From Macrostomum lignano (Eukaryota), in contig NIVC01004279.1 in the NCBI GenBank assembly GCA_002269645.1, forward strand, positions 1-51,978: a stretch of 51,978 bases of DNA, written 5' to 3'. The notes beneath the pieces are model-generated. The model saw only the letters and a list, made by a program, of their open reading frames with translations, made no database searches and was not told where the DNA came from. Both the position numbers and the translations under genes were made by a program. This document shows positions 1 to 11,258 of the stretch, in pieces. How positions within the stretch are numbered: position 1 is the first letter of the stretch; every line of letters starts with the position of its first letter.

Positions 1-35
1 CAATTTTGAAGTAACACTGAAAAAAAGTAAGCATC

Positions 36-583
36 CTATTTTCTAGACGAAGCAACCCGATCCAAAAAGGCGGCATTTGCCTGACGCATTTGATCACGCG
101 CCAGACAGCGTGTTCAGTCGATTGATTGCTGCTTTGGCGGCTCCTTTGATGTCTTATCAGCTTCGCCAGACAGCGGCCTACCGCCGGACATAGATTTAAT
201 ATTTTTCGTTGCTCTCTCGTATTTAGCCAGCTTCCTACGCTTCATCTCGGCCTCTTGCTGCTCAATAAAAGACCGACGAAGACTGCGCTTGATGTTTCAC
301 CGCCGCCGCCGCCTAATTGATGAGTGAAAGGCGCCGGTCTATTAGCTTCTACATAGGCGGCTAACTGTTGGCTCTCCCGTTCAGCTATTTGTTGATTTAA
401 TTGTCGCCGCTCACTATTGGCTGGCAGTACGCTGTAGCTGCCCCGATATTCTAACTGCCTGCCCCCTGCCTGGCGCTGATTGGCTAATTGATCCGATTGG
501 CTGCCGTCAGGATTGGCTGGGTTAACACCGCTGCTACGATTATTGTAAATGCCTGTTGGCTGAGCGTTGGAATCGCTGTACAT
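36..583 (-). pseudogene. EPSTI1: EPSTI1-like gene, intronless, with one frameshift (~285) and an in-frame TGA (114-116); pseudogene or assembly error
   Basis: ATG at 583. YSVLPANSERRQLNQQIAERESQQLAAYVEANRPAP...LGGGGGET resembles EPSTI1 (YTLIAPNINRRNEIQRIAEQELANLEKWKEQNR...LGGSQSET, recalled). A shifted frame continues SLRRSFIEQQEAEMKRRKLAKYE...SID*TRCLARDQMRQANAAFLDRVASSRK*, and NAAFLDRV matches the EPSTI1 C-terminal NNAFLDRL. Confidence 0.65.
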
Positions 584-687
584 TGCTGTGTACACAGAAA
601 TATGTGTAAATAAATTTAAATTTAAATAAGCAAGATTAAACAAGGAGAAAAAAACAAGGTTTAGTGCTATGATCTTTTTTATTGATT

Positions 688-750
688 TATCTATCTATTT
701 GTCTAACTACGTATCTATCTCTATCTATCTATCTATCTATCTATCTATTT
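688..750. repeat. (CTAT)n microsatellite
   Basis: Run of ctat/tatc units seen directly. Confidence 0.9.
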
Positions 751-1279
751 ATCCAACTATATATCCACCCATCTTTATTCCTCTTTATCTCCATAATATA
801 CTACATGTAGCACTCTCCGGAATTCCGACAGACTAAAAAGCCAAAAAAAGCATCAAGGTAAACAACAAAGCATCAAACTGCTTGTCTTCCGAACAAAAAA
901 CTCAGATAGACAATATTGTCTGGCTGTTTATTTGTTTTATTATCGCGGTTCCCTTTTCGAGTTTTTTTTACGTTGCAGACTTATTAATTGATTTTAATTA
1001 CTATATAGTTACTTGTACGCAAACACTGCGGCTACACAGCGGGGGTTCGTGAATTGAGAGTTATTAATAGAGATATACTTTTTGTCTAAAAGCTAAAGGA
1101 GTCAGTTATACTTAAGATAGACAGACAGAAGAGACAGGGTATAATTGTGAGAATTAACTAAAGCAATCATCAAATGGCGACTTTTATTAGGTATTGATAA
1201 ATTCTATGGCTATTATCTAGCGTATAGTTTGTATTAGAAACAATATAGTTGTCAGTCAGTTCGAATAGACGAGGCCAAC

Positions 1280-1630
1280 TCAATGGTAGCCTTCGTGCGG
1301 ATAATCCAAAAATTTCAAACCCTCCTCCGTGTTCTTCATCGGCTTATGCGTCGGCACCCTAAAATAGCCGCTACCAAGCATTATAATCACGGTTGTAGCC
1401 GCCACAATTAAACCGGCGCCAAATACTTTGTTATACTTGGCGTTGAAATGAGCGTAGCCTTCGCTATATTTCATAGTGGGTTGGATAATCTCATTCATAG
1501 AGATTGACCGGGCGGCCTCGGTGTAAGAATGATAAATGCCGACGTGCTTCTCGTGATGGCCGTGATGACACAGAGCCCGACGGCTCTGCCTGGTGGCTAC
1601 AAGGCTGGCCAGCTTAAGGATTCGATTCAT
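1280..1630 (-). CDS. Small mitochondrial membrane protein, Deltameth_res (prag01) family / invertebrate COX7B-like, 116 aa, single exon
   Basis: Arg-rich presequence-like N-terminus (MNRILKLASLVATRQSRR), a His-rich linker, then SMNEIIQP...Y...NAKYNKVFGAG plus one TM helix and SGYF. This matches the recalled family pattern TMNDLPVP...Y...NAKYN..L..G...TM...SG. Confidence 0.7.
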   Translation of the reverse strand: MNRILKLASLVATRQSRRALCHHGHHEKHVGIYHSYTEAARSISMNEIIQPTMKYSEGYAHFNAKYNKVFGAGLIVAATTVIIMLGSGYFRVPTHKPMKNTEEGLKFLDYPHEGYH

Positions 1631-1784
1631 ATTTGCTTTTTAAAGAGTTTTGGTTGACATGCATTGGTCGGGTTGCGATGGTTTTAATAACCACAGCGAA
1701 TTTTATGTACAGATTTAATTTAGACCAGTTTTATAAAACATAACAAGCTTGATTTTGACTATAGATTACCGCTAGATTAGACTA

Positions 1785-2270
1785 GACCATAGACTATAGT
1801 GTCGCTAATATACCATAGACTAAGTGCGCCACTATACCGTAAACTATAGTGCTGCTAGACCATAGACAGTAGGGTGCCACTAGACCATAGACTCTAGTGT
1901 GCCGCTAATACCATAGACTCTAGTGTGTCGCTAATACCATAGACGCTAGTGTGCCGCTAATAACATAGATGCTAGTGTGCGGCTAATAACTTACTCTAGT
2001 GTGCCGCTAATACCATAGACTCTAGTGGGCCGCTAGACCATAGACGCTAGTGTGCCGCTAATAACATAGACTCTAGTGTGCCGCTAATACCATAGACGCT
2101 AGTGTGCCGCTAATACCATAGACGCTAGTGTGCCGCTAATACCATAGACGCTAGTGTGCCGCTAATACCATAGACTCTAGTGGCCGCTAGACCATAGACT
2201 CTAGTGTGCCGCTAGACCATAGACTCTAGTGTGCCGCTAGACCATGGACTTACAGAATGCCGCTAGACTA
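1785..2270. repeat. ~26-bp minisatellite (ccatagactctagtgtgccgctaata)
   Basis: Tandem copies seen directly. Confidence 0.95.
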
Positions 2271-3247
2271 ACCTTAGTGTCTACGGGCTTTAATATAGCT
2301 GTGTCTTGAGGTACATCTGTGTATAGATGAAAAAATAAAAAAAGTAAAAATCGGAAAAGCCATATATTAACTATTAGAACTCAAAATGAACAATATTAAC
2401 AATGTATTTCTGACTTTAGGTTTAGCATATATGATATAAAAAATTAAAACAAAAAGAATAAATTTCGTACTACACATACTACGCATACTAAACTGGCCAA
2501 TTTTTGTATTATTTAAAGCAAATTGAACATAAAAAACAGCACAGTATCTGCGGATATCAACTTCATACACATCAACACTTTTACAAGAAATCTAAGCTTT
2601 GATGAACAACAATTGCATGAACTATTATCGTGGGACAACTGAAGGTTTAGCCATTGAAAAAAACACTTACACAAAAAGGCACAATGACCTACAATGGAAC
2701 TATAATAGTATTTGTGTGCGTTTGACTGAGAGGTATGTTAAAAATTAATTCCTAGCGCATGAGTGATATATATAGTGAGTAAATATCATCAGAGTCTTAT
2801 TATACTCGTATCAAAACAATCAATGAATTAAATGTCTTCACTTGGAGTATTGTATTTCTGTGCAACACAGAGAAGGCAAAAACAATGGCACTAAAAATGA
2901 CAGAAAAAGGATATATTATTATATATTGTTAGGAACAGCTTACAAAACAATCGCAGAGCGTACTCACTACTGGAAGCAATGTATGAGTATATATATATTA
3001 AACAAAGATTCAAATTAAATATGCTGAGCATAGGTCACAGATACCGGAATAACAAGATACGTCACCCGCAAAATATGCGTTTATTTAGTTTTTTTTCTGT
3101 AGCAAAATTGGCTGTTTTCGCTTTTATAATTTTATAATAAAAAATTCTTAGATTTTGCAAGATCGAAAATTTTACGACCAAGCAAGAGAGACAAGGGATA
3201 CCAGACCGATAAACAGTTTGGCTTTCCTCTTGCCCGATGGTGTCTAA

Positions 3248-3570
3248 CTTTGACCTCTCTCCTTACTGCTCTCTCATTGGCTGAGCTAAATTGGGCCTGC
3301 CCTCTAGCCAGACTGTGCTTTGTCCGTCTGATTTTGACCTCTCTCCTCACTGCTCTCTCATTGGCTGAGCTAAATTGGGCCTGCCCTCTAGCCAGACTGT
3401 GCTTTGTCCGTCTGATTTTGACCTCTCTCCTCACTGCTCTCTCATTGGCTGAGCTAAATTGGGCCTGTCCCCTAGGCTGGGTTTCGTCCGTCCAACTTTG
3501 ACTTCTCTCCTTACTGCCCTCTCACTGGCTGAGCTAGATTGGGCCTGCCCCTAGACTGAGTTTCGTCTAT
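3248..3570. repeat. 84-bp tandem repeat, ~4 copies
   Basis: 28-aa periodicity in the overlying ORFs; direct sequence repetition. Confidence 0.95.
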
Positions 3571-4422
3571 ACTGCGTTCACTTGTGTACATCGAGTTAAA
3601 TCAAATCCTTATTGTTCATTCTGAACTTATATGACCCTAAGGCCGCAAACCCAGAGCAAGGAAAGGAAATTTTAGCTTCCACTTTAACTTTAAGCGACAC
3701 TGCGCAGACAAACTACTGAATAATGAGTAAATGTACTCTTTTTTCACAACAATAACTGCGAGTGAGATATTTCGTTAGTCTAGTTATATCCTGTGGCATA
3801 GATGCACAGAGTACAAAATAAACATGTATGAATACATATCATAAGCATTTACACGCAAAATATAGAGAACTAAATTCAATATGTCAACAGTTTGTATTAA
3901 CTGAACAAGCCCTATTTTATATTTCGTTGGGGGCCACGACTATTTGCCTGTCCGTAGTGAGTAACTTCAAAATTTGCCACGTTTTGTCCATTAATTACCC
4001 CATGTAAGCATTTCATCACGTGACTGTTTTATAGTCTACTTATTACTTATCTTTGCACTAGCGAGAAATAAGTGTTAAATGTTTAATGACCACGCGCGAT
4101 CGTAATTGGCTATTATTCAACTTAAGTATTCACATACTAAATAATCTAGCATAAAGGGGTAGATAGATAATAAAGGGGTAGATAGATAATAAACGATGGA
4201 AAGCAGTCACGTGATGAAGTTTGTATATGGATTAAGTGTACATTGGGGAGGAAATAAAGAATAATGACCAAAACTAATTGCCATTTGTGTCTGAGTGAAT
4301 ACTTTTATTATCAACCAGGATAAGAAAGAGCTATCAAAACGATTAGGCCATTAAAGTACGTAGTCATTACGAATTCAATTTTTAATTCAATTATATTGAT
4401 AACCCAATATATAGCAGAAAAC

Positions 4423-6584
4423 TTATTGAACTTTCTTATCCTTAACAAGGCCATTTCCGCCGTTATCGCCAGCGGTTGCTGCGGCCGAGTCTATCCAATG
4501 CTCCATGGCGCATTTCTTTGGAAACCAGCCCCTAGAAGCGGAAGCGTCTCTCGCAGACTGAGACTGCTCATCAGCTAGTAATAGCTGACCGTAGAGCCAT
4601 TCGCCGTGAGCTCGAGTTACAATCAGTCGCTGACCAGGCGACAATGACAATCGTTTCTCTTCGATCCAGATTGAGCACGGCTGGCAACAGGCGGTTCTCA
4701 AGCCGAAGCTAATAGGAAATCTGGTACCAGTGTAAGCTCGAATAACGCTCGCTAATACAGCCGTACTGGCTTTATGCGCCTTTTGCAGCACCTGCTCCTT
4801 TGTTAAATCGTATTTGCCGCAATCGGGTGCCAACGGCCAATCGTCCAGGCCGTTGCCAACTGGTCGGCCGGACCAGTTTATCACCTGCCGGGTAGGAGGG
4901 AGATGGCATCTATTCTCATAGGCGATTGTGCCTAACAGGTACATTTACATATAACTGGGGTCTAACAGGGTAACAGGTGTCTAACAGATACATTGGTATC
5001 TAACACGTGTCTAACAGATACATTGGTATCTAACAGGTGTCTAACAGGTACATTGGTATCTAACAGGTGTCTAACAGGTACATTGGTATCTGACAGGTGT
5101 CTAATAGATACATTGGTATCTGACAGGTGTCTAACAGATACATTGGTATCTGACAGGTGTCTAACAGATACATTGGTATCTAAAAGGTGTCTAACAGATA
5201 CATTGGTATCCAACAGGTGTCTAACAACTAACACACTTTGAGCATAACACGCGTCTGGTTTGTGTGTGTGTGTTATTTTGCGTGTTAACGTTAACAATCC
5301 AGAAAAGTCCAACATGCAACTTAATTACCTGCTTAAAGTTTCTCATCCTACCCAAATCGTAGGGATATTGAAACTTCGGCGGCTGTCCAGCCTCATCAAT
5401 GGACAAGTGAGCAGTCATGGAGTCGTGCCGGCATTCTAATCGATAATCGGCTTTATCGCAGATCCAAAACTCGATACCAGTTCGATTGCGTAATATCGAT
5501 TTTAGCTGAACAAAGAACAGAGCGCCAACTGCTATGGTGGTGCCTAAAGCGAGGCCCAGACAGAAGAATGCTAACAATACCTCCCACAGGTTCATCATAG
5601 CGTAGTCCTCGGTCGGGAACTCAGAGTCCTGATGATAGAACGGATAGAACAGAGTATAATAGACGCAGTAGGACACAATGACAGCCGAGTGCAGGCAGCC
5701 TAACGGGGCGAACAATAGAAAATAGGTGAACTGAGCGTGATTCCGGTGACCGACGCAGGCGTTGATCCATGGACAGTGATGATCCATCTTGGTGACGCAG
5801 CGGCCGCACCTGCTGCAGTGATGCGATCTGCAAATTTTATAATTACAGGTATTCTAGTGTCGCTTTTTTATCAGCATAGGTTGCAATTGTTATTATTTTA
5901 TATATTCTCTCGAGATGAATTATATTGCAATAATCTCGTACATTATATTTTAATCCTGATCATTTCGATCATTTATAATTATTATCGTCTGGCTGGTCCC
6001 ATATACTCGACTCTTACACCATTGATCATCAACATTATCATTGGCAACACCATCACTATCACTGTCATTACCAGTATCATCATCATCGAAATCATCATTA
6101 TCATCACACTTATCATCATTAAAATCATCACCCCACCATCTTCATCATCATCACCACCACCATCATCACAATCATAGTATTAATAATAATTTTCATAACT
6201 ATAATACTCATGCCTTAAAATAATTTCAAAAGAAAAGTACTCAGCTTGTAAGTTAGTCAATAAACCAACGAAGGCCACTCACCTAGGAGCTTTGTATCCC
6301 TTACAGATAGAGCACCATTGCAACAAAGATTTCAGTTGTTGATCGTCTGTCAAATCGATCGGTCTCCAGCCAATAGGCACAAAACCGGGACCCCAGAACA
6401 TGGCCTTCAAATAGGTGGACATCACCAGGTAGTATTCAAGCGCGTATACGGCTACGTGCAGCAAATTGCTGTGCGATTTCAATGGCGGCCACCATATTAG
6501 CAGCAGTCGACTAGTATAGATAGCTATATAGAATATGATAAATAGGGCGATTAAGGGGCCCCAGTGCAGGACCCGGCGAAGTCT
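4423..6584 (-). CDS. ZDHHC6: Palmitoyltransferase ZDHHC6 (DHHC-CRD plus C-terminal SH3-like domain); start codon not found
   Basis: Exons 6283-6584, 5329-5827 and 4423-4884 with GT-AG sites and consistent phases. Motifs: LHWGP, [75 protein letters not shown]. Confidence 0.95.
4960..5225. repeat. 30-bp minisatellite in a ZDHHC6 intron (ctaacagatacattggtatctaacaggtgt)
   Basis: Tandem copies; 10-aa periodic spurious ORFs. Confidence 0.95.
6020..6200. repeat. ATC/CAT-rich degenerate microsatellite in a ZDHHC6 intron
   Basis: catcat/atcatt low-complexity tract. Confidence 0.85.
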
Positions 6585-6624
6585 CTGCTTAGCTGTGCGA
6601 CAGGAAGAGTCCAGAAAAAGAGTT

Positions 6625-7050
6625 ATGCGTGTGGAGTAGTGGCTAGTCTTTGTTGACTGTAGCTGCGTGTGGAGTAGTGGCTAGTCTTTGTTGACTGTAG
6701 CTGCGTGTGGAGTAGTGGCTAGTCTTTGTTGACTGTAGCTGTGTGTTGGGTGGTGGCCAGTCTTTGTTGACTGTAGCTGTGTGTTGGGTGGTGGCTAGTC
6801 TTTGTTGACTGTAGCTGTGTGTTGGGTGGTGGCCAGTCTTTGTTGACTGTAGCTGTGTGTTGGGTGGTGGCCAGTCTTTGTTGACTGTAGCTGTGTGTTG
6901 GGTGGTGGCCAGTCTTTGTTGACTGTAGCTGTGTGTTGGGTGGTGGCCAGTCTTTGTTGACTGTAGCTGTGTGTTGGGTGGTGGCTAGTCTTTGTTGACT
7001 GTAGCTGTGTGTTGGGTGGTGGCCAGTCTTTGTTGACTGTAGCTGTGTAT
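6625..7050. repeat. 38-bp minisatellite immediately upstream of the first detected ZDHHC6 exon
   Basis: Unit gtgtgttgggtggtggccagtctttgttgactgtagct, ~11 copies. Confidence 0.95.
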
Positions 7051-8014
7051 GGGGCGGCTATTCTCGATTTTATGTTTAAATCAGTCGATTGAAAATAAAT
7101 ATGCATCAAAGACGAGGTATAATACGTATAACGAAGTAGTGTTATGATATATTTCTAGTTAGTCAACGAAATTGACATTGATTATAATTTAGTTGCAAAT
7201 AGGACACAAAAAATCACAAGACAGGAGTGAACTATCAACCCAACATATCAATATATTTAAAGCTCCAGAACCAAATATAAAAACAGAATCGTTTTAGCAA
7301 TTTTATAATATAGTAGAGATCTAAATTTAATACCGCATACGAGATGAGGATAAATCAGCGCAATAAAACAACTGGGAAGTTACCCTAATAACATGGAATA
7401 AAAATTAATTTAATAAAAAAGTTATTATAAGTGAAAATTTCATAAATTACTTTTATAAAAAATTGTGCAAGATATTTACATCAGATTGGACATGAAGTCC
7501 AGATGTGTAATCTTCAAAAGTATTGATAAAGGAAGCCTGAATGTCTCAATTAATGAATTCAAATTATATCTGAGATATCAGGTAAATTACCAATGTTACG
7601 AACTGTTTAGTGTCCTATTTAATTGAGACATTTTTGCATACTTTCTATACTTTTAAGTGAGGTTATTAATTTAATGTCATTCTAGCATAAAAATCTGATA
7701 TACCTTAATGCACGAGTATAACAAACAAGAGGTACTTGTAAATGAGCTATATATATAGTATCTGAATATTCATAAATAGTCATGCACCTTTTTTAATACA
7801 GGATAATAAACAATTAATAAAAAAGAAAAAATGACAATAACAATTGGACGCAAAAAAAAACTTTTTCAACTCAATTCAACGTAGCCTTAAAAAGGTATAA
7901 TATAACCATCTAACTATCTAGTCAGAGGAACAGCTCCCAAAAAATGTAAACTATTGAATTATGGATATTTAATGAGTTTAGCTCGTATAATCGTTATTCT
8001 TTTACCTAGATAAG

Positions 8015-8142
8015 AAGCTTAGGTTTACAGAAGCTTACAATTTACAGAAGCTTACAGTTTATATAAGCTTACAGTTCACAGAAGCTCACAGTTTACAGAA
8101 GCTTACAGTTTACAGAAGCTTACAGTTTACAGAAGCTTACAG
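8015..8142. repeat. 17-bp tandem repeat (agaagcttacagtttac)
   Basis: Tandem copies seen directly. Confidence 0.9.
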
Positions 8143-8277
8143 AATCAGTGCAGTAGCTTGTAAAGGAACAATACATCTAAGATTTTGCTTTTAAAGCAGA
8201 ATTTGTGACCACAGTAACGAAAACAGACGGTCAACCTTTCTTGGAAATATCTTTCAGTTCTTCAGTTGGAATTTCAA

Positions 8278-10143
8278 TCACAGAGCACTAGCACTATTAG
8301 AAGCCGATGGCGTCTTGGCACTGCTCGGATCATTCTGATTGGCTGAAGAATCCACAACTGCCGCCTCATTCTGCTGATCACTTAAGACAGCCTGTTGATC
8401 TGATGACTCAACATCGAAACGATTGTTCTCGCGATAATCATCCGGAAGCGATGTATGAAAGTATAATTTTAATTCTCTTTTAATAGCCGCGCAAAGGTAA
8501 GATGTTAGTAGGATTAGAGGAACAATGTAAAGCAAAGCTGGTTGGCCGCTGCCTGTAGCAAAGAGAACGCCGGCACAGGCGCCAAGTCCAAGCAGGTAGC
8601 CAATCATTGACGAGACAAAATAAGGATAGAAACGATTTTTCCAAGCCAAATCGAAGAACAAATTCAGACTGATTAGGATAGCCGGCATTATGACATCGCC
8701 GAGACCGAGAATTGAGTAGGGCAGCAGGCAGGTGGATACAGACTCAGCCGGAGGATAGGGCATGACCTTAAACACAATGGGAATAATCTCCCCGGATAAA
8801 CCGGCTGTTCCCAAGGCTACGCGTTCCATAAAAGAGCCGCCACGTTCGACGTAATAATCCATAACGGTGTCACGCCTAACTCTATTCAAGGTTGAAGCCT
8901 CCGTTGACGGCGGGTTCGTTGGACTCGGGCCGCTGCCGCTGCCGCCGCCGCCGCCAGAGAATAGCGGCGTAATAAAGACAAAGAAAACGTCGTACACTAG
9001 GAAGCATATCAGGATAATTGTAGCAATCTTGATGCGCAGAGCCATAGCCAAGGATTCAATGACGCGCAACACGAGTACAACGTTAAGAATATTAGTCAAG
9101 ATGAAGGCCCAATGAGCATTGCGGAATACAAACCAGATTACGGCAACTGCCAGACAAAATGGATAAACGATAAACTCTAAATAAGTGTAAGATATTTTTC
9201 CGCAACATTTGCCAAGATCGAATTCTACAGTAGTTGCTAGCCAAGGCCTTGGACCAGTCTCTAGTTTGGCTTTCACGCAGGCCAGATAGATTCTATTGAT
9301 ATAATAGACGAGACTGCTAGACACGGAATAGCCGTAGAGCACTAGCATTAACCAAACGAAATAGTCGTAAGCAAAGTTCAATAGCAACAGTATAGTGATT
9401 GGAATGGCAAGCAGAATAATAGTGAATATCGCTGTGTGCCACCAAGGCGCGCTAGCATTTACGTCTGGCTCATGCTCGGAGTTCGTATTCACATTAGAGG
9501 CCAACCTTGAGCGTGTTAACAAGTATTCTTTCAATGCTGTAGCGGCTGTAATGCAAGACAGCACCATAGTGACCAATGCGATAGCATACAAAATGAGAAA
9601 CATGTACTGCTTAGAACCGGAATTGTCGTCGTCTGGCCTATAGAGAGTCGCTTTGACATTCGAATCCGACATGAACTGCGACTTAAAGGATTGGTAAGCT
9701 ACCTTCGATATAACGACAGTTTGAAAGCTCTTAGGTAGAAGGTGCGACTCGGCCGTTAAATAAGTCGGATACCTTTCTGACGATACCACAATGAGACCAA
9801 TGGCACCTTGAGCGAATGCGTTAACAGCCTTATCTGTATAGGTGCAACCACCCAAAGCCAGTATGACAATGCGATTAGCATAACTGGCATTGTTTCTATT
9901 ACATCCGTTGTTTGGATAAGCATCGATAATTGGCTTGCTATCCGACGAGTGGAAAGTGTTGCTCAGATTAAAGGTTAACGATGGATCGCCGTAGGCGCAA
10001 TAGTTCTCATAATGAGAATCCGTGGTGCCAACGCGAAGATAAGCAATACCATTGAGATTTAAATTCAAGGCTCTCGCTGTTCCGACTTCGAGTAGGAGAA
10101 CCAGCAGAACTACCAGCGACAACCAACTTGCTCGTTGGTTCAT
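8278..10143 (-). CDS. SPPL2: Signal peptide peptidase-like 2 (PA domain plus peptidase A22B), intronless, ~621 aa
   Basis: ATG at 10143 (the ORF-track start at 10179 is TTG). Signal peptide, PA domain (GGCTYTDKAVNAFAQGAIGLIV), catalytic YDVFFVF and LGLGDVIMP, and QPALLY motif. Confidence 0.93.
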   Translation of the reverse strand: MNQRASWLSLVVLLVLLLEVGTARALNLNLNGIAYLRVGTTDSHYENYCAYGDPSLTFNLSNTFHSSDSKPIIDAYPNNGCNRNNASYANRIVILALGGCTYTDKAVNAFAQGAIGLIVVSSERYPTYLTAESHLLPKSFQTVVISKVAYQSFKSQFMSDSNVKATLYRPDDDNSGSKQYMFLILYAIALVTMVLSCITAATALKEYLLTRSRLASNVNTNSEHEPDVNASAPWWHTAIFTIILLAIPITILLLLNFAYDYFVWLMLVLYGYSVSSSLVYYINRIYLACVKAKLETGPRPWLATTVEFDLGKCCGKISYTYLEFIVYPFCLAVAVIWFVFRNAHWAFILTNILNVVLVLRVIESLAMALRIKIATIILICFLVYDVFFVFITPLFSGGGGGSGSGPSPTNPPSTEASTLNRVRRDTVMDYYVERGGSFMERVALGTAGLSGEIIPIVFKVMPYPPAESVSTCLLPYSILGLGDVIMPAILISLNLFFDLAWKNRFYPYFVSSMIGYLLGLGACAGVLFATGSGQPALLYIVPLILLTSYLCAAIKRELKLYFHTSLPDDYRENNRFDVESSDQQAVLSDQQNEAAVVDSSANQNDPSSAKTPSASNSASAL

Positions 10144-10974
10144 TTCTTTCTCTTTGAAGAAAATTGATCGTTCAAACAAATATTTATATAACTGCTGATC
10201 AACTCGTGAAAAATGGTATCATGAAACATTCAAAATATTGTGTCAGTCAGAGTTTACGATTTTAAATTTGGATACAAAGCTAGCTAAACAATAACAATTT
10301 TAAAAAAACACGAAGACATAAGGCGTACTTTAACTCATAAATTCGCTTCAAATTTAATTTATTAACTAAACAAATACAATGCCAGCGAAAAAACAAACAA
10401 ATATTTACAATTTGTAACAATCGAAAAATCAATCTAATAATTATAACTATTACCAAATATATAGAGACACCATAGAAAATTTGCACAACATTCAATAAGT
10501 AAGAAGATACAATGAGAGTAACTATTAAACAGACTGATTGATATCTTAGTGATTTTTTTAATCCAGTAGTAATAGGACAATATAAAGTATTGTACAATAA
10601 TAACTAGTGTGTATAGTAGGGTAAAATATGTGGACAATCTGATTGAAAAATCGAAGGAATTTAGTCGATCATATAACACGATGAACAAGTATTACTGTGT
10701 AATTATGCATCTGGGTTGCATATGCATCATTACAATGAGTACAAAAAGCAGTAAATTACCAAGCAAAACCAAGGATTACTAGAATTAGTATAAATGTAGC
10801 AACAAAATTGATCGATAGCAACGTATAATTTTTGTTACTAACACAACACCGATTCGTTAAGTTGAATGCTACCCGTTTTCGTGCTTGTAAGAATTCTTCA
10901 GAATGTACTATAAAGCGATGTTATGAGCGATTCTGTGCTGAATTGATTAATTAATTGAATACACCTGTTCTGAT

Positions 10975-11258
10975 GCGCAGATGTGCAACCGACAGCTCAG
11001 CCTCAGCTATTGCGCAGCGCATCTGAAGGCTGCGTACGGCTATTCAGTCTAAGAACTTCAGCTACAAAGGTTCGCCACATAGCCTCAAATACCCCAGCCA
11101 ATGCAGGCACCCATTTTACAGCTGGGTGAACTGAAGCAATGCAGAGTCAATTGGCTTGCTCAAGGACAAAAATAAAGTTCCGAATGGGTCGAGAATCGAA
11201 CCCCTGACTTTTCAGTTGTGAGTTAGAGTTAGACGTCTAACCACTAGGCTACAACCCC
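10975..11258 (-). mobile_element. tRNA-derived CORE-like SINE, copy 1
   Basis: A box (tagcctagtgg), B box (ggttcgattc), core ...tgcattgcttcagttcacccagctgtaaaatgggtgcc, and a 3' body shared with the copy at 41180. Confidence 0.85.

Noticed and set aside
114-116. Selenocysteine recoding of the EPSTI1-like TGA
   Set aside because: No Cys/Sec motif context, the gene also has a frameshift, and a SECIS cannot be assessed because the window ends 35 nt after the stop
5737-6223. Ile-rich and poly-His ORFs
   Set aside because: Antisense translation of the ATC microsatellite in a ZDHHC6 intron
8278-10143. Intronless SPPL2 as a retrogene
   Set aside because: Four genes in this window are intronless and no poly-A or TSD is seen, so intron loss may be general for this genome; this cannot be supported without paralog data
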